Shown: positions 51,026-61,183 of the stretch, one piece after another
Position numbering within the stretch: the first letter of the stretch is position 1
Layout of the letters: each line of letters begins with the position of its first letter
Source: Chlorokybus atmophyticus
Lineage: Eukaryota; Plantae; Mesostigma and Chlorokybus algae
Direction of reading: 5' to 3'
Assembly (NCBI GenBank): GCA_009103225.1
Contig: RHPI01003156.1
Span: 1,395,191-1,459,008, forward strand
DNA length: 63,818 nt
The notes under the pieces: model-generated
The model's input: only the letters and a program-made list of their open reading frames with translations
Told to the model about the DNA's origin: nothing
Databases searched by the model: none
Program-made: the position numbers and the translations under genes

Positions 51026-51640
51026 TTAGCGGGTAGCTGACTGCTTCAGAGCAGTGCGCAATACCATCTTGGAGTGTGCCTTGGTGTTGAAATCGCACGT
51101 TTGTCTCATATTGCCCCGTTCTCGCGCAAGCAGCTCTTGCTTGCGATGCACTCCTGACCTGTAACCAGAAAGGCCGCCGTTCGCGCATATGACACGATGG
51201 CAGGGAATAATAACGGCCAAGGTGTTGGCCCCACATGCTTGCGCCACAGCCCGAACTGCCTTCGGACTCGCTCCAATGCTAGCAGCAATGTCAGTGTAAC
51301 TCCTCGTCTCGCCTGCAGGGATGTCACTCAGTGCTCGCCACACGCGCTGTTGGAATGCTGTGCCGTGAACATCGAGCGGGATGCCAACATGTCCACTTGG
51401 GTTCTCCAACACAGCAATGACCTGCTTCAGCACATGGTCGTGTGCTTGCTCGAAGTTGTTGTCTGTGTGTGCGTCTGTAAGGCGAGCATGCGGGTACATG
51501 TGTTTCAATTCGCTGGCCAGGATGTGTGCTTCGTCTCCCAGCAGTACTGCGCACAGGCCACGAGTAGTAGTGGCGACGAGAACGATGCCGAGGGAGCAGT
51601 TGCCAATTGAAAAATGGATGTCTAAGCACCACTCAAGCAC
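51026..51640 (-). CDS. MGMT: Methylated-DNA-protein-cysteine methyltransferase (Ada C-terminal/Ogt type); 5' end uncertain
   Basis: LGIVLVATTTRGLCAVLLGD...LDVHGTAFQQRVWRAL..IPAGETRSY..IA..IG..PKAVRAVAQACGANTLAVIIPCHRV...GGLSGY. Active-site PCHRV intact; the core is intronless. Confidence 0.92.
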   Translation of the reverse strand: MLEWCLDIHFSIGNCSLGIVLVATTTRGLCAVLLGDEAHILASELKHMYPHARLTDAHTDNNFEQAHDHVLKQVIAVLENPSGHVGIPLDVHGTAFQQRVWRALSDIPAGETRSYTDIAASIGASPKAVRAVAQACGANTLAVIIPCHRVICANGGLSGYRSGVHRKQELLARERGNMRQTCDFNTKAHSKMVLRTALKQSATR

Positions 51641-52078
51641 CTGTCACAGTATAATGTGGCATAAATGATTGACACGGGTGAAATAGGCAGTGCGAATGCG
51701 TGCAGGAAAGATACTACCCACAAACCTTGTGCGTCTGGTGACTGAGGGGTTGGCAGTGGCTTTTGCTGAGGGTTTACGTGGAGCCATGACGAGCGCCCAA
51801 CAGTGCCTCTGCTTCTCTACAGCATGCACTTCTTATGTATTCACAATGTCTGCAATGCTACATGGAACAAGTTGAGGCCAGCGGTGTGGGAGGAGCCGTT
51901 ACGTGCGACACGAAGCTTGCACTGCAATGCAATGCGTACACAAAGCTGCAGTTATACTGGTCCAAGGACAACTGCCACACAGCACTGCAAGCTCCAACAC
52001 AGTCAACCGACCGCTGCACTCGCCGCCGCTGCAAACACTACAACACTAAAATGGCCACCGCCAGTGCCGACGCCAGAA

Positions 52079-52087
52079 TTAGGGTTT
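52079..52087 (-). promoter_or_regulatory. Telo-box (TTAGGGTTT), with site II TGGGCC at 52239-52244
   Basis: Upstream of RPL18a in the divergent promoter shared with the alkyltransferase gene. Confidence 0.62.
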
Positions 52088-52343
52088 GAGCAACTTAGGG
52101 TGTCTATGTCACAACTTCAGCACTGCCTGCCGAATCATCTGCAAAATGAATGGACAGGCGTTGTAATCCTTATTCAGTGCCCGAAATGCCTGATGCTGCA
52201 ATCGACTGCCGTTGCGAGAATCGGCTGCCGTTAGTGTCTGGGCCCTATTGTCTCCGCCGCCGCCGCTTGTATGCGCCCTCTTTGGCGGCATACTTGTCCT
52301 CCGTCGCGGCGTCGCCGCCGCCGTCGCCGCCGCCACCGTCGCG

Positions 52344-53929
52344 ATGAAGGTATGGTTCAGGTTTAGCGGGATTGGCTTGCTGGATTGGGCGTGGTCTGGT
52401 GCTGCGGTAGCGACGGGGCGTCGAGGGTGGATGGCTTGGCAGTGTCATTTGGGTTGCTGCAGCCGCTGGCATTAGCGTTTCGGAGGCATGCTGGTTGCGG
52501 GCGGCTGCTGCTTGTGCTGCATTAGCGATTGGTTGATGTGTGCGTGTTGCATGGGTGTGGGATGGGATTGGTCGTACGATAGGAGACCCTCTGAGTCGGT
52601 TGCAGGGAGATCTGTACGGCGGTTTGGTGGACATGTTTGTTTGTTGAGCAAGGGTGACAATGGAGAGTCAGTTGCGTTATAATATGTCGTCAACGCAACC
52701 GATTGAGCGGTGCATGAACTGCAAGGTAATGCCAAATGTTGTTGCCTTCGCAGTTTCACCAGTATCAGGTGGTGGGTCGGGGTCTTCCCTCAGACAAGAA
52801 TGAGACCCCAAAGGTCTTCCGCATGAAGTTGTGGTCGACTGATGAAGTGCGCGCGAAGTCAAAGTTCTGGTAAGTGCCATTTTTTATGTTAATGGTTGTA
52901 CTTCTTCTCTTGAGCATTGATGCCGCATTATATATTTCACGTAATATTGCATCCCTAGCAGTGCCTAGTACTTATATGGCTCCCTGCATTGCATTGCTAC
53001 AAACACTTCTGCCAACGTCGCGAGTTTAGGTCAGGAGAGAGCACACCTGTACCATGCCCAGTATCAGTTTAGCTTTGTTACTGTCACAACTGTTTGATTG
53101 GAGAGTTGCCTGTTGTCATTGTGCCAAGAGCTTGTCTGTGGCGCTCATGGTGTTGTACATCGAGTTACTCGAGTTACAGTTAGTTGCACATTACTGCGAG
53201 TGGTTTTGCCAACACATGATTTGCGGCACTTGCCCAAGCAATCAACACTAGGCCGTGTTTGTGGATTGTGGCAGAAAATGTCATTTTGGAGTTTGCAAAT
53301 GCAAGTCTTGAATTCAAATGATGTTGTGCTTACCGTTGATGTATTGCAGGTACTTCCTGCGTAAGATCAAGAAGGTCAAGAAGTCTAACGGTCAGATCTT
53401 GGCCTGCAATGAGGTGTGCGTTGGTGATGGTTCGTGTCACTGGCTTTCATCTATGTCACTTGCATCAGGCTCACATCTGATCTAACCATTCTTTGCTGTT
53501 GGCCAGATTTTTGAGAAGAACCCAACCACCATCAAGAACTACGGCATCTGGGTTCGCTATCAGGTACCGTACGGAGTGACTTTGCTGCTCCGCTCTCCTG
53601 ATTGCGCCTCTGCGGACCGACTAATTCTACTGTGCTTGCGGCAGAGTCGCACTGGTTATCACAACATGTACAAGGAGTACAGGGACACGACGTTGAATGG
53701 CGCGGTTGAGAATTTGTACAACGAGATGGGCTCCCGGCATCGTGTGCGCCCGACCTGCCTGCAGATCATCAAGACCGCCCGGGTGAAGCCCAGCGAGTGC
53801 CGCCGTGAGAACACCAAGCAGTTCCACAACTCGCAGATTCGCTTCCCCAAGTCATTCCGTCTCATCCGGCCTTCCTCGCGTTCATTGAAGACCACTTACA
53901 AGGCCCACCGACCCACCATGTTTGTTTAA
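52344..53929 (+). CDS. RPL18A: 60S ribosomal protein L18a (eL20); exons 52344-52349, 52754-52869, 53350-53413, 53507-53563, 53645-53929
   Basis: MK|FHQYQVVGR...[17 protein letters not shown]|[19 protein letters not shown]|[19 protein letters not shown]|[14 protein letters not shown]...RPTMFV*. Confidence 0.98.
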
Positions 53930-54689
53930 GGTAAGGTGTTAAGGTGCTGTAGCGCGTGTCGCGCATTGCTGTGTGAATGAAGTTCCGTTATGGTGTTGTG
54001 TTTCTAGTGATGTTGACACCAGTGCTTTCTGCAGTGTTGCGTCCAACAGCAGATGTGGGGCACTCAGTTTGCAGCTAGAAGTTTGGCATGGACAATTCTT
54101 TTGGTGCAAGCTGCAGCTATTGTTGCCATTGTTGTGCGGGGTACCTGCGCATTCAGCTGCAATCTCAGTCTGAACACAACTCTGTCTCTTGAACTCTTGT
54201 GCGCTCGTGGCCTACTTCTAGTGCAATTTCGGTCTGTGTTTCAACAGCCATTGCATGATGTTCACATAACCGCAGTTGTGGGGCTGCCAAGATATTAGTC
54301 TCAGCAAACTTCCGGCATGTTCATGCTAAACATTGATGTGCTTTAGATGGGATTGGTAACATGATTGTTTCAGCAATTTTTCAACATGTTTTAGGGGTAG
54401 CGTGTATATGTCACAAGGATGTCACAGCGGTTTTACATTGTCGCAAGACAAGATTGTCTGATACCACTCTACACAGCTATGCATTGTCCTCAGACGATGC
54501 GCATTGTGGGCAATTGTTGCCCCGTCTACTCAACATGGATTTCCATATTAAAATTTATCGCTGAGCATGAGGCACTCTAGGCCTATGTCAACATTGTTAC
54601 AATGTAAATTAAAATGTTTTATGTTCGCGCACTGCTACGCCCTACAACACAACCGCAATCACAGCACCACAATACACATGGCACGCAAC

Positions 54690-55060
54690 TACATGCTTAC
54701 ACCCGCCCAACATCAACCGCTATTGTCATGGCCACATACATGTTGGTTGTCAGTGCTGCACCATGCCTATGTGCATCACATACAACGCTAGGCCCACACC
54801 CACACGTACGCGTCACTACGCTACGCAAGTGTCCGCCTCGGTTGTTGGAGGGCCTTGGGCCACCGGACCGCATCCTTACACCGCTGCTACAGCCGCCGCT
54901 CCGCTCTCCAAGATCGCCATTGCTTGTGCTCGCTGCGAGGCGCATGCCACGCGCTACCGGCAGATGCGGATGAAGCCTAACGCCATGTTCTCCTGCACTG
55001 CCAGCGGTACTGGTGTAGGCATCCTTAGTGGTCAGGTGATTGATGCGGCCATTGCGCAAT
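54690..55060 (-). mobile_element. Second, more decayed 3' fragment of the same non-LTR family as 39415..40020
   Basis: Aligns by eye over GGCTTCATCCGC...GTGGCATGCGCC..GCAGCG..GGCCCAAGGCCCTCC and the 3' flank TAGGCATGG..GCAGCACT.AC..CCAACA. Confidence 0.8.
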
Positions 55061-55119
55061 ATGGTACGACGGAAGGCAAGAAGGGCCTTTCACACGGCGC
55101 CTGCAGCAGAATCCGTTCT

Positions 55120-55500
55120 CGGCACAAGCCAGTTGTGCCGTCAGCGGCACCTGCCTTCGAGTTCTGCGAGCAGTTCTTCTCCCAAGACGGCACAAGTCGC
55201 TTTGTGCCGGCAGAGGATCGTAAGTCACCATCTGTCAGCCGGCACAAGCTGGTTACTGCCGCTGACGGGGCAAACTGCGTTGGGCCGACCTCGGCACAGC
55301 AGTACTTCTAACGTCTTCGGCACAGCAGCGCTTCTGCCGTCTTCGGCACAGCTGCGACCCCACCGTCTTCGGCACAGCAGCGCTTCTGCCGACTTCGGCA
55401 CAGCAGCGCTTCTGCCGTCTTCGGCACAGTAGCACTTCTGCCGACGTCGGCACAGCAGCAGCAGCAGTCGTGCCGTTGACGGCACAGCTCCTGGTGTGTC
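55120..55500. repeat. Array of 26-bp units with self-complementary ends (CGGCAC...TGCCG)
   Basis: Units start at 55240, 55266, 55292, 55318, 55344, 55370, 55396, 55422 and 55448. More diverged units at 55120 and 55188 carry 8-bp stems CGGCACAA/TTGTGCCG. Confidence 0.92.
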
Positions 55501-55856
55501 GACCTCGGTGGACCAGCAGTCATGCCGATAACGGCCCAGCCATTCATTCCAAAATTAGCAGCACAATATAGCAGGCATATGAAGGCAAGTTGCAGGCAGT
55601 TTTCCTGGTAAAGAAATCTTAACCTCATATGAAGTTTACATTGTACCATGTACTCTTAACTAGTACTAGAATAGGCTCCAATTGTTTGCAAGAAGCTAAC
55701 TGCTACCAGGAAGCTAACTGCTGGTAGCAAGCTAAACTGCTAGCAAGAAGTCAGACTTTTAGCAGGAAGCTAGACTGGCGGCTGCAAGGAAGCTGCATGG
55801 AAGCTAGACTGGGTGCTGCAAAAAAGTTGAGCGAAGGTCTTCACCTTGGTACCCAA

Positions 55857-58261
55857 TTATGGACCGGGTTGGCGCTTGGCTTGACTATTCCAGTGCCAGC
55901 CATAGCGTGCTTCTCCAGAGTCATCCTGTACCAGCCAGCGCTTGTTGACTGCAAAAGTAACAAGCATGAGATCGATTTGCGAGTCAGTGAACTTTGCAAG
56001 CAGATGGTCCTCCTTCGGCAGCCTCCCAATCTGCGTCCCGTATGTCCCCCTCCAGGAAGTGTACACCTCCAGCAAGCTCTCGCGGTTGGGAACATTGGCG
56101 CACAAGGTATTGCAGCAGATGCCAGCCAAGTGCATGAGGTGGTCAGAGCAACGATTGATCTGCAAGCAAGAATTGTTACAAGTGTGCATCATGCAAGCAT
56201 GCTGCACACGTTACAGCCCACTGCAACGTTCTTACCCTCTGATTGATGTCATGCTGGTCTTCTGGCTGCACGCGCTTGTCAACCACGAGCGCGCGAACGC
56301 ATCTTGGGGTGACTTCTGCAATGCAGTCGCCTGAAGAGCAGTCTGAGCAAGGGCAGACTGCAGACGGGGCTACCAAGGATGCAGGCCAAGCACAACTGCG
56401 TCCCTGCATCACTCAAGCAGCCGCATTGCATGTCACGCATATAATCTTCCTTGCAGTTACGCTTGCAATGTGCTGTGCCGCAGCACACACTCTACTACGC
56501 TCACCAAGATATTGCTGCACAAGTGCTCGTCCCCGGTCATCTGGCCAGCATACCCGTCCGTGTCACGTACTGGCATGTAGACGCGTTGATCACCGATACC
56601 CTTGGCGTTGTACCACTCCAGCACCTTCACTTTGTAGCTGCGCCAAGGAGTCTCTTGCTCAAGCACCTCCAGTACTTGACCGCGCCCAACAGCCACAACC
56701 CTGCGGCTGCTGCTGCCGCTGGTGCTTGCAGCATCTCCTGCGGGTCTGCAGCACCAGCCGCATATGAATTCCTTACGAGTGCGGGTGCAAAGGCCTTGTG
56801 CAAGAGGATAAATGGCGTACCTGAAAGCCACCCAGTCCTCACGCAGCTGCGCTTGAGAAGGCGGCTCAGCAGTCAACAAGGCAAGCAGCACAGCATTTTG
56901 GCTGGAGGGAAAGTCTGCAACGGTGAAATGTGGGCCAAGCCCGTAGTCTGTGCGCGAGCGGCGTGGAGCTGGCTCCTCTGCGTCAGCGCGCTTCTCAGCG
57001 CGTGCAGCGCGCATCTTCTCCTTGCGCTGCTCACGGGTCAAGCCTACCGTTTCGCCTGGCGTTAATGGATGGCCCCGTCTTGCATTATCCACAAACCGGC
57101 GGATTTGCTCACGAATCCATTCTGCAAACAAGAGGCAGTGAGCAGTCATTCTGCAGGAAGCACAAGACATCTGGCAGGTGGCATATAAACGCACATGCAC
57201 ATAGGCAGACGCAGATTACTTACTTGCAGGCCAGCGCAATGTCTGTCCGTTGATCTCCAGCGGAGTGTGATTCTGCATTACATCCGCCACCACCTCCTCC
57301 CTCATGTCATAATCTGGGCCGGCCCGATTGAAGCTCCTGCCAACACAGTGGTCTGGGAACTTGGCCCACAGCTTCTCCTTTAGAAGCTTGCGGTTGTCCT
57401 CCTGTATTCTCCACTGTGTCTCGTCCTTCTTCTTCAAGTAAGCTTGCCCATTTAGCTCTAGTCCCCTAGGCTTGTCAGCGACAGGGGCAAAGCACTTTTC
57501 CTCCAGCTTTGCCTTCTTGACTGCCTCTGACTCGTCTTCGCAGTTAACTTCATCAACAGCTCCTGCGCACAAGGCCAACAGTCAGCGCATGGCACTTGCA
57601 AAAGAGAGCAAAGCAAGCAGAGCTTTAGCCAAGCTGCAGCTTCAGCTATGTTGCAGTTGCGGCTTGGCTAACGCTGTTGCTTGACTGAAGCTGCAGACCG
57701 AAGCGTACAAAATACAGCAAGTAGAGCTTCACCCAACCTACCACTCCAGCTAAACTGCAGCTGCGGCTTGGCTGAGGCTCTGCTTGGTAGAAAGCCGATA
57801 TGCAGCTTTTACTCAAGCTGCAGCTCCAGCCAAGCCGCAGGTTCAATTGAGTTGTAGTTTCAGCTTGACTGAAGCTGTAGACCAAAGCACACCAATGAGC
57901 AAGCAGAGCTTCAGCTGCAGGAGCAATTAAGTTGCACCAGCAGCTTGGCAGCAGACTAGTTGAAAGCAAGCACACCTGTGTCCCCAGGTTGTGCTCCCGC
58001 CTCGTCTTGCTCCTCTTCATCTTCAGCTTGCAACCTCGGCTCATCCCTGTTCAACTTCTGCACGTCTTCAAGGATCCGCGAAGCAATGCTCAGCCTAGGT
58101 GTGATCTGTGCAAGAATTTCTGCTGAGAGGCTGTAGTAAGCTTCTCCATCAATCTCTTCCTCCTTGAACTTCTCCGCTATTGCTTGTGCACTTGGAACCC
58201 CTCTCAACAATTTAGCTACCCGTTTGGAGATAAGCTCAACGCTCATCCTATACACTGACAT
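55857..58261 (-). CDS. Transposon-associated multi-exon gene: SAM-like domain, SH3/Tudor-like beta region, Cys/His (PHD-like) finger
   Basis: AIAEKFKEEEIDGEAYYSLSAEILAQITPRLSIASRILEDVQKL (SAM pattern F.EEEIDG.AL..L...L); GRGQVLEVLE..WRSYKVKVLEWY; CSDC...C...RCSDHLMH...CC. The exon joins are not fully resolved. Confidence 0.55.
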
Positions 58262-58498
58262 TGTGCTTGAGAGCAGCACACAACTTTGCAGCTTGGTAGC
58301 AGCTAGAAACAGCTTCCAGCACCGCAACCTAGCAAGTAGGCCCGGAAACGCCAAGACGCAAAACAGTCAACCACCGATTTCACTCCCGCCACCACCTTCA
58401 CTACCGCCACCTCCGCCGCCGCCACCGCCGCCGCCGAAGCACTGCGGACAGCTGTGCTTCTTCGGAGTCTTACTGCGCAGAAGTCAGCTGCGCACAAG

Positions 58499-58526
58499 TT
58501 AGGGTAGGGTTAGGGTTAGGGTTAGG
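58499..58526 (+). repeat. Interstitial (TTAGGG)n tract, about 5 units
   Basis: TTAGGG TAGGG TTAGGG TTAGGG TTAGG between two divergently transcribed cargo genes. Confidence 0.93.
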
Positions 58527-58659
58527 ATTCCTGAGTAATAAATAGCCACAGCAGCATACATAGGACATACAACGGCTATTCCTGTGTGTGGCGGCGGCGT
58601 GCTTGGTGGCCTCGGTTTGTGAAGCGTTGAGCTGTTGCAGCGTATTGAGCATAGCAAGC

Positions 58660-61060
58660 ATGAAGGGCAAGGCAGAGGCTAGTGCATACTGGCAGTCTGG
58701 TGCAGAGCAGCCTTGGCGCTGCAAATATTGTCAAGTCTTGTTGCAGAGGTCCGTTGTCAGCAAGGTCAAGCAGCACATTGGCTCCCTCACCTGCACCAAG
58801 ATTCGTGTGGGCCCTGAACAGTTTGAGAAACTGCCAGGAGCAACGCCCAAGGAGAAGCTCCCTCACGGCTCCGAGTTGCAGCAGCTCACCGACCAAGTTG
58901 TGCAGCAGATAAAGGTGAGCTTGCTTGGTTCATGCTTACATAGCTGCATTTTTGCAAGTTTTATTGTCTGTGTTCAAGCTGCTATCTGTATGTATGCTGC
59001 TGCTGTAGGTATGCTGCTGCTAGCTGTATGTATCTCTGTCTGTGTATGCATCTCTGTCTGTTTATGTATCTTTAAAGCTGAAGTAACTACCCATACAGGA
59101 TGGTGAGCACTTGGCAAAACCGGAAGATTGGGGACCTAGCGGCCCCCCCGAAGGATGGAAGCTGGAGAAGACTTCAACCGGGCACAAATGGGTGTACACG
59201 CATCCTCCCAATCCAGCTGCATCAGAGCAGAAGGACAAGGGGAAGGAGGAGGAGCAGGAGGAGGAGCAGGAGGTGTCGGATGAGGAGGAATCAGAGGAGG
59301 AGGAACCACCAGCAGCTGAGACCCCAGCAAAAAAGCCAAGACAAGAATCATCCTGCAAGAAAACGGCCAGCCTTCAGTTCCACAAACGCCAGCAAAGTCT
59401 ACCAAAGCAACGCGGTCTGGAAGTGTAAGCAAGCAGCTACATGCAGCCAAGCTTGTGGATGTAGGGTCTGACGGATGCACACTGACTGACTGAATGCACT
59501 TGCCCTGCAGGCGCATGTCAAGCCCACAGAACTGGCACACCCTACCTGGGACATGGTGCTGGCCACCAAGGAGCTTGTGGACAACTTGAACGAGGTAAGT
59601 CCACAACCCGGTCATGATTGCTTCAGTTTGCGCTTCATTGGTGCATTTACGAATGGCACAGGCTGTCAAGAAGATGTCTTTAGTGTCTAAACGCGTGGAG
59701 AGAATGCTAGACTTTGCAGCTGAGGAAAAACAGAGCTTGCAACAATTGCGGAACACCATCCAAACGGAGAGATCACAGTCGCTGACTGTTCTTGACAACA
59801 TGAATTCTTGTCGTGAAATCTTGAAGACTGAAAGAAAACAGCTAGACTTGGACAAGGTCTTTGGTGTGTTTACTCTTTGTGCATTCTGCAGGGGATACAC
59901 TGACTGGTACACTCACCTTGAGTTGTATGTGCTTGCAGGCAGCAGCCAAGGCTCTTCTGAAAGAAGCTGCTCGGGAGCACAAGGAGCTGCGCACTGCACG
60001 CGAAAAGCTGGAGAAAGAGCGCAAGGTGCTGGAGGACAGATTACGCAAAGAGGCAAACACTCCCTCAGCTCTGCTGCGCGAGACCCATAACACCGTAAAG
60101 ATCAACGAGCAGCACCTCTTGGAGATCAGGCGTATGCTGGCGGGTGGTCTTCAACAAGCTTCAACAAGTAGCTTCCATTCTCTGCCGGGACCCGAGGCGA
60201 TGGAGGTGGAGGCGAGGAGCCAGCAGGAGCTGGAGGAGGAGAGGAGGAGGCAGGAGGAGGAGGCACAAAGGAAGAGGCAGGAGGAGGAGGAGGAGGAGAG
60301 GAAGAAGAAGGAGGAGGAGGAGAGGAAGAAGAAGGAGGAGGAGGAGAGGAAGAGNGAAAGGTGATCGGTTGCTGTGGTTGCAGAAGCCGGCGAGGATGAG
60401 GAGCAGGAGGAGGAGGAGGTGCTGGGGGTTCCCCCGGGAAACGCATTCCTCGCGCTAGAGGAGTATCTGGCGCAGCAGCAGCTGCAGCAGCAGCAGCAGA
60501 TAGTGCCAGCACCCCCACAAAACCCAGTTCAAGACATTGACCTCATGAGGCAAATGTCAGATCTGCAACAGAGGTACCAGGAGCGTGTCAGGCAGATCAG
60601 GACGTTGCAGGCCTGGCGGAGCAACATGTCGGAGTTAGTCAGGGAACAGGTAGAGGAGCGTGACAGGCAGATCAGGAGGTACAGGGCACAGCTTCAAGAG
60701 CGAGAGAGAGAGATCACAGCTTACCGCGCACAGCTCAATAGGTTGCAAGTGTCTCCAACCTACGTTGTGCCTCAAGCATTGGAAGCAGTTCCAATGCCTT
60801 CTTCACCTCTCATTGCTATTCCCGCTCTGCTGCCTGGAGGTAGAGGAGCCATGCCTTTGCCTGCGATTCCCGAGGATACTACACCTCCAGCTGCTCGTCC
60901 TGCTCTGCTGCCTTCTGCTCCACGTGGACATGGGCACAGAGGTAGAGGTAGGGGCTTCTCGCTGGTCATGCATGGATCTTCAGCAGAGTCCACTGGCGGA
61001 CAAGAAGCTGAACCTCCAACGAGACGACGAGGTGGTCCTCCACGCTGCAACACGCACTAG
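58660..61060 (+). CDS. Transposon-associated multi-exon gene: BED-type zinc finger, WW-like motif, acidic and coiled-coil regions
   Basis: YW...WRCKYCQ...VSKVKQHIGSLTC (BED-like); PPEGWKLEKTSTGHKWVYTHPP (same register as WW GW.M.KT..G..Y..NH, second Trp absent); long E/K/R heptads. One N at 60355. Confidence 0.6.
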
Positions 61061-61183
61061 TTTGGTGATAGTTATGTGTAGATTGCGTGGCTTAGGAGCG
61101 ACTTACAGTGATGCTGCTGTACATATATACAAGCCCTTTTCTGCTTGATACCAGACTGCATGCCAAGGCACAGCTCACCTTAA

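Noticed and set aside
55120-55500. CRISPR-like array
   Set aside because: Eukaryotic context, no cas genes, and the variable parts are short loops inside the repeat that are mostly identical rather than unique 25-45 nt spacers.
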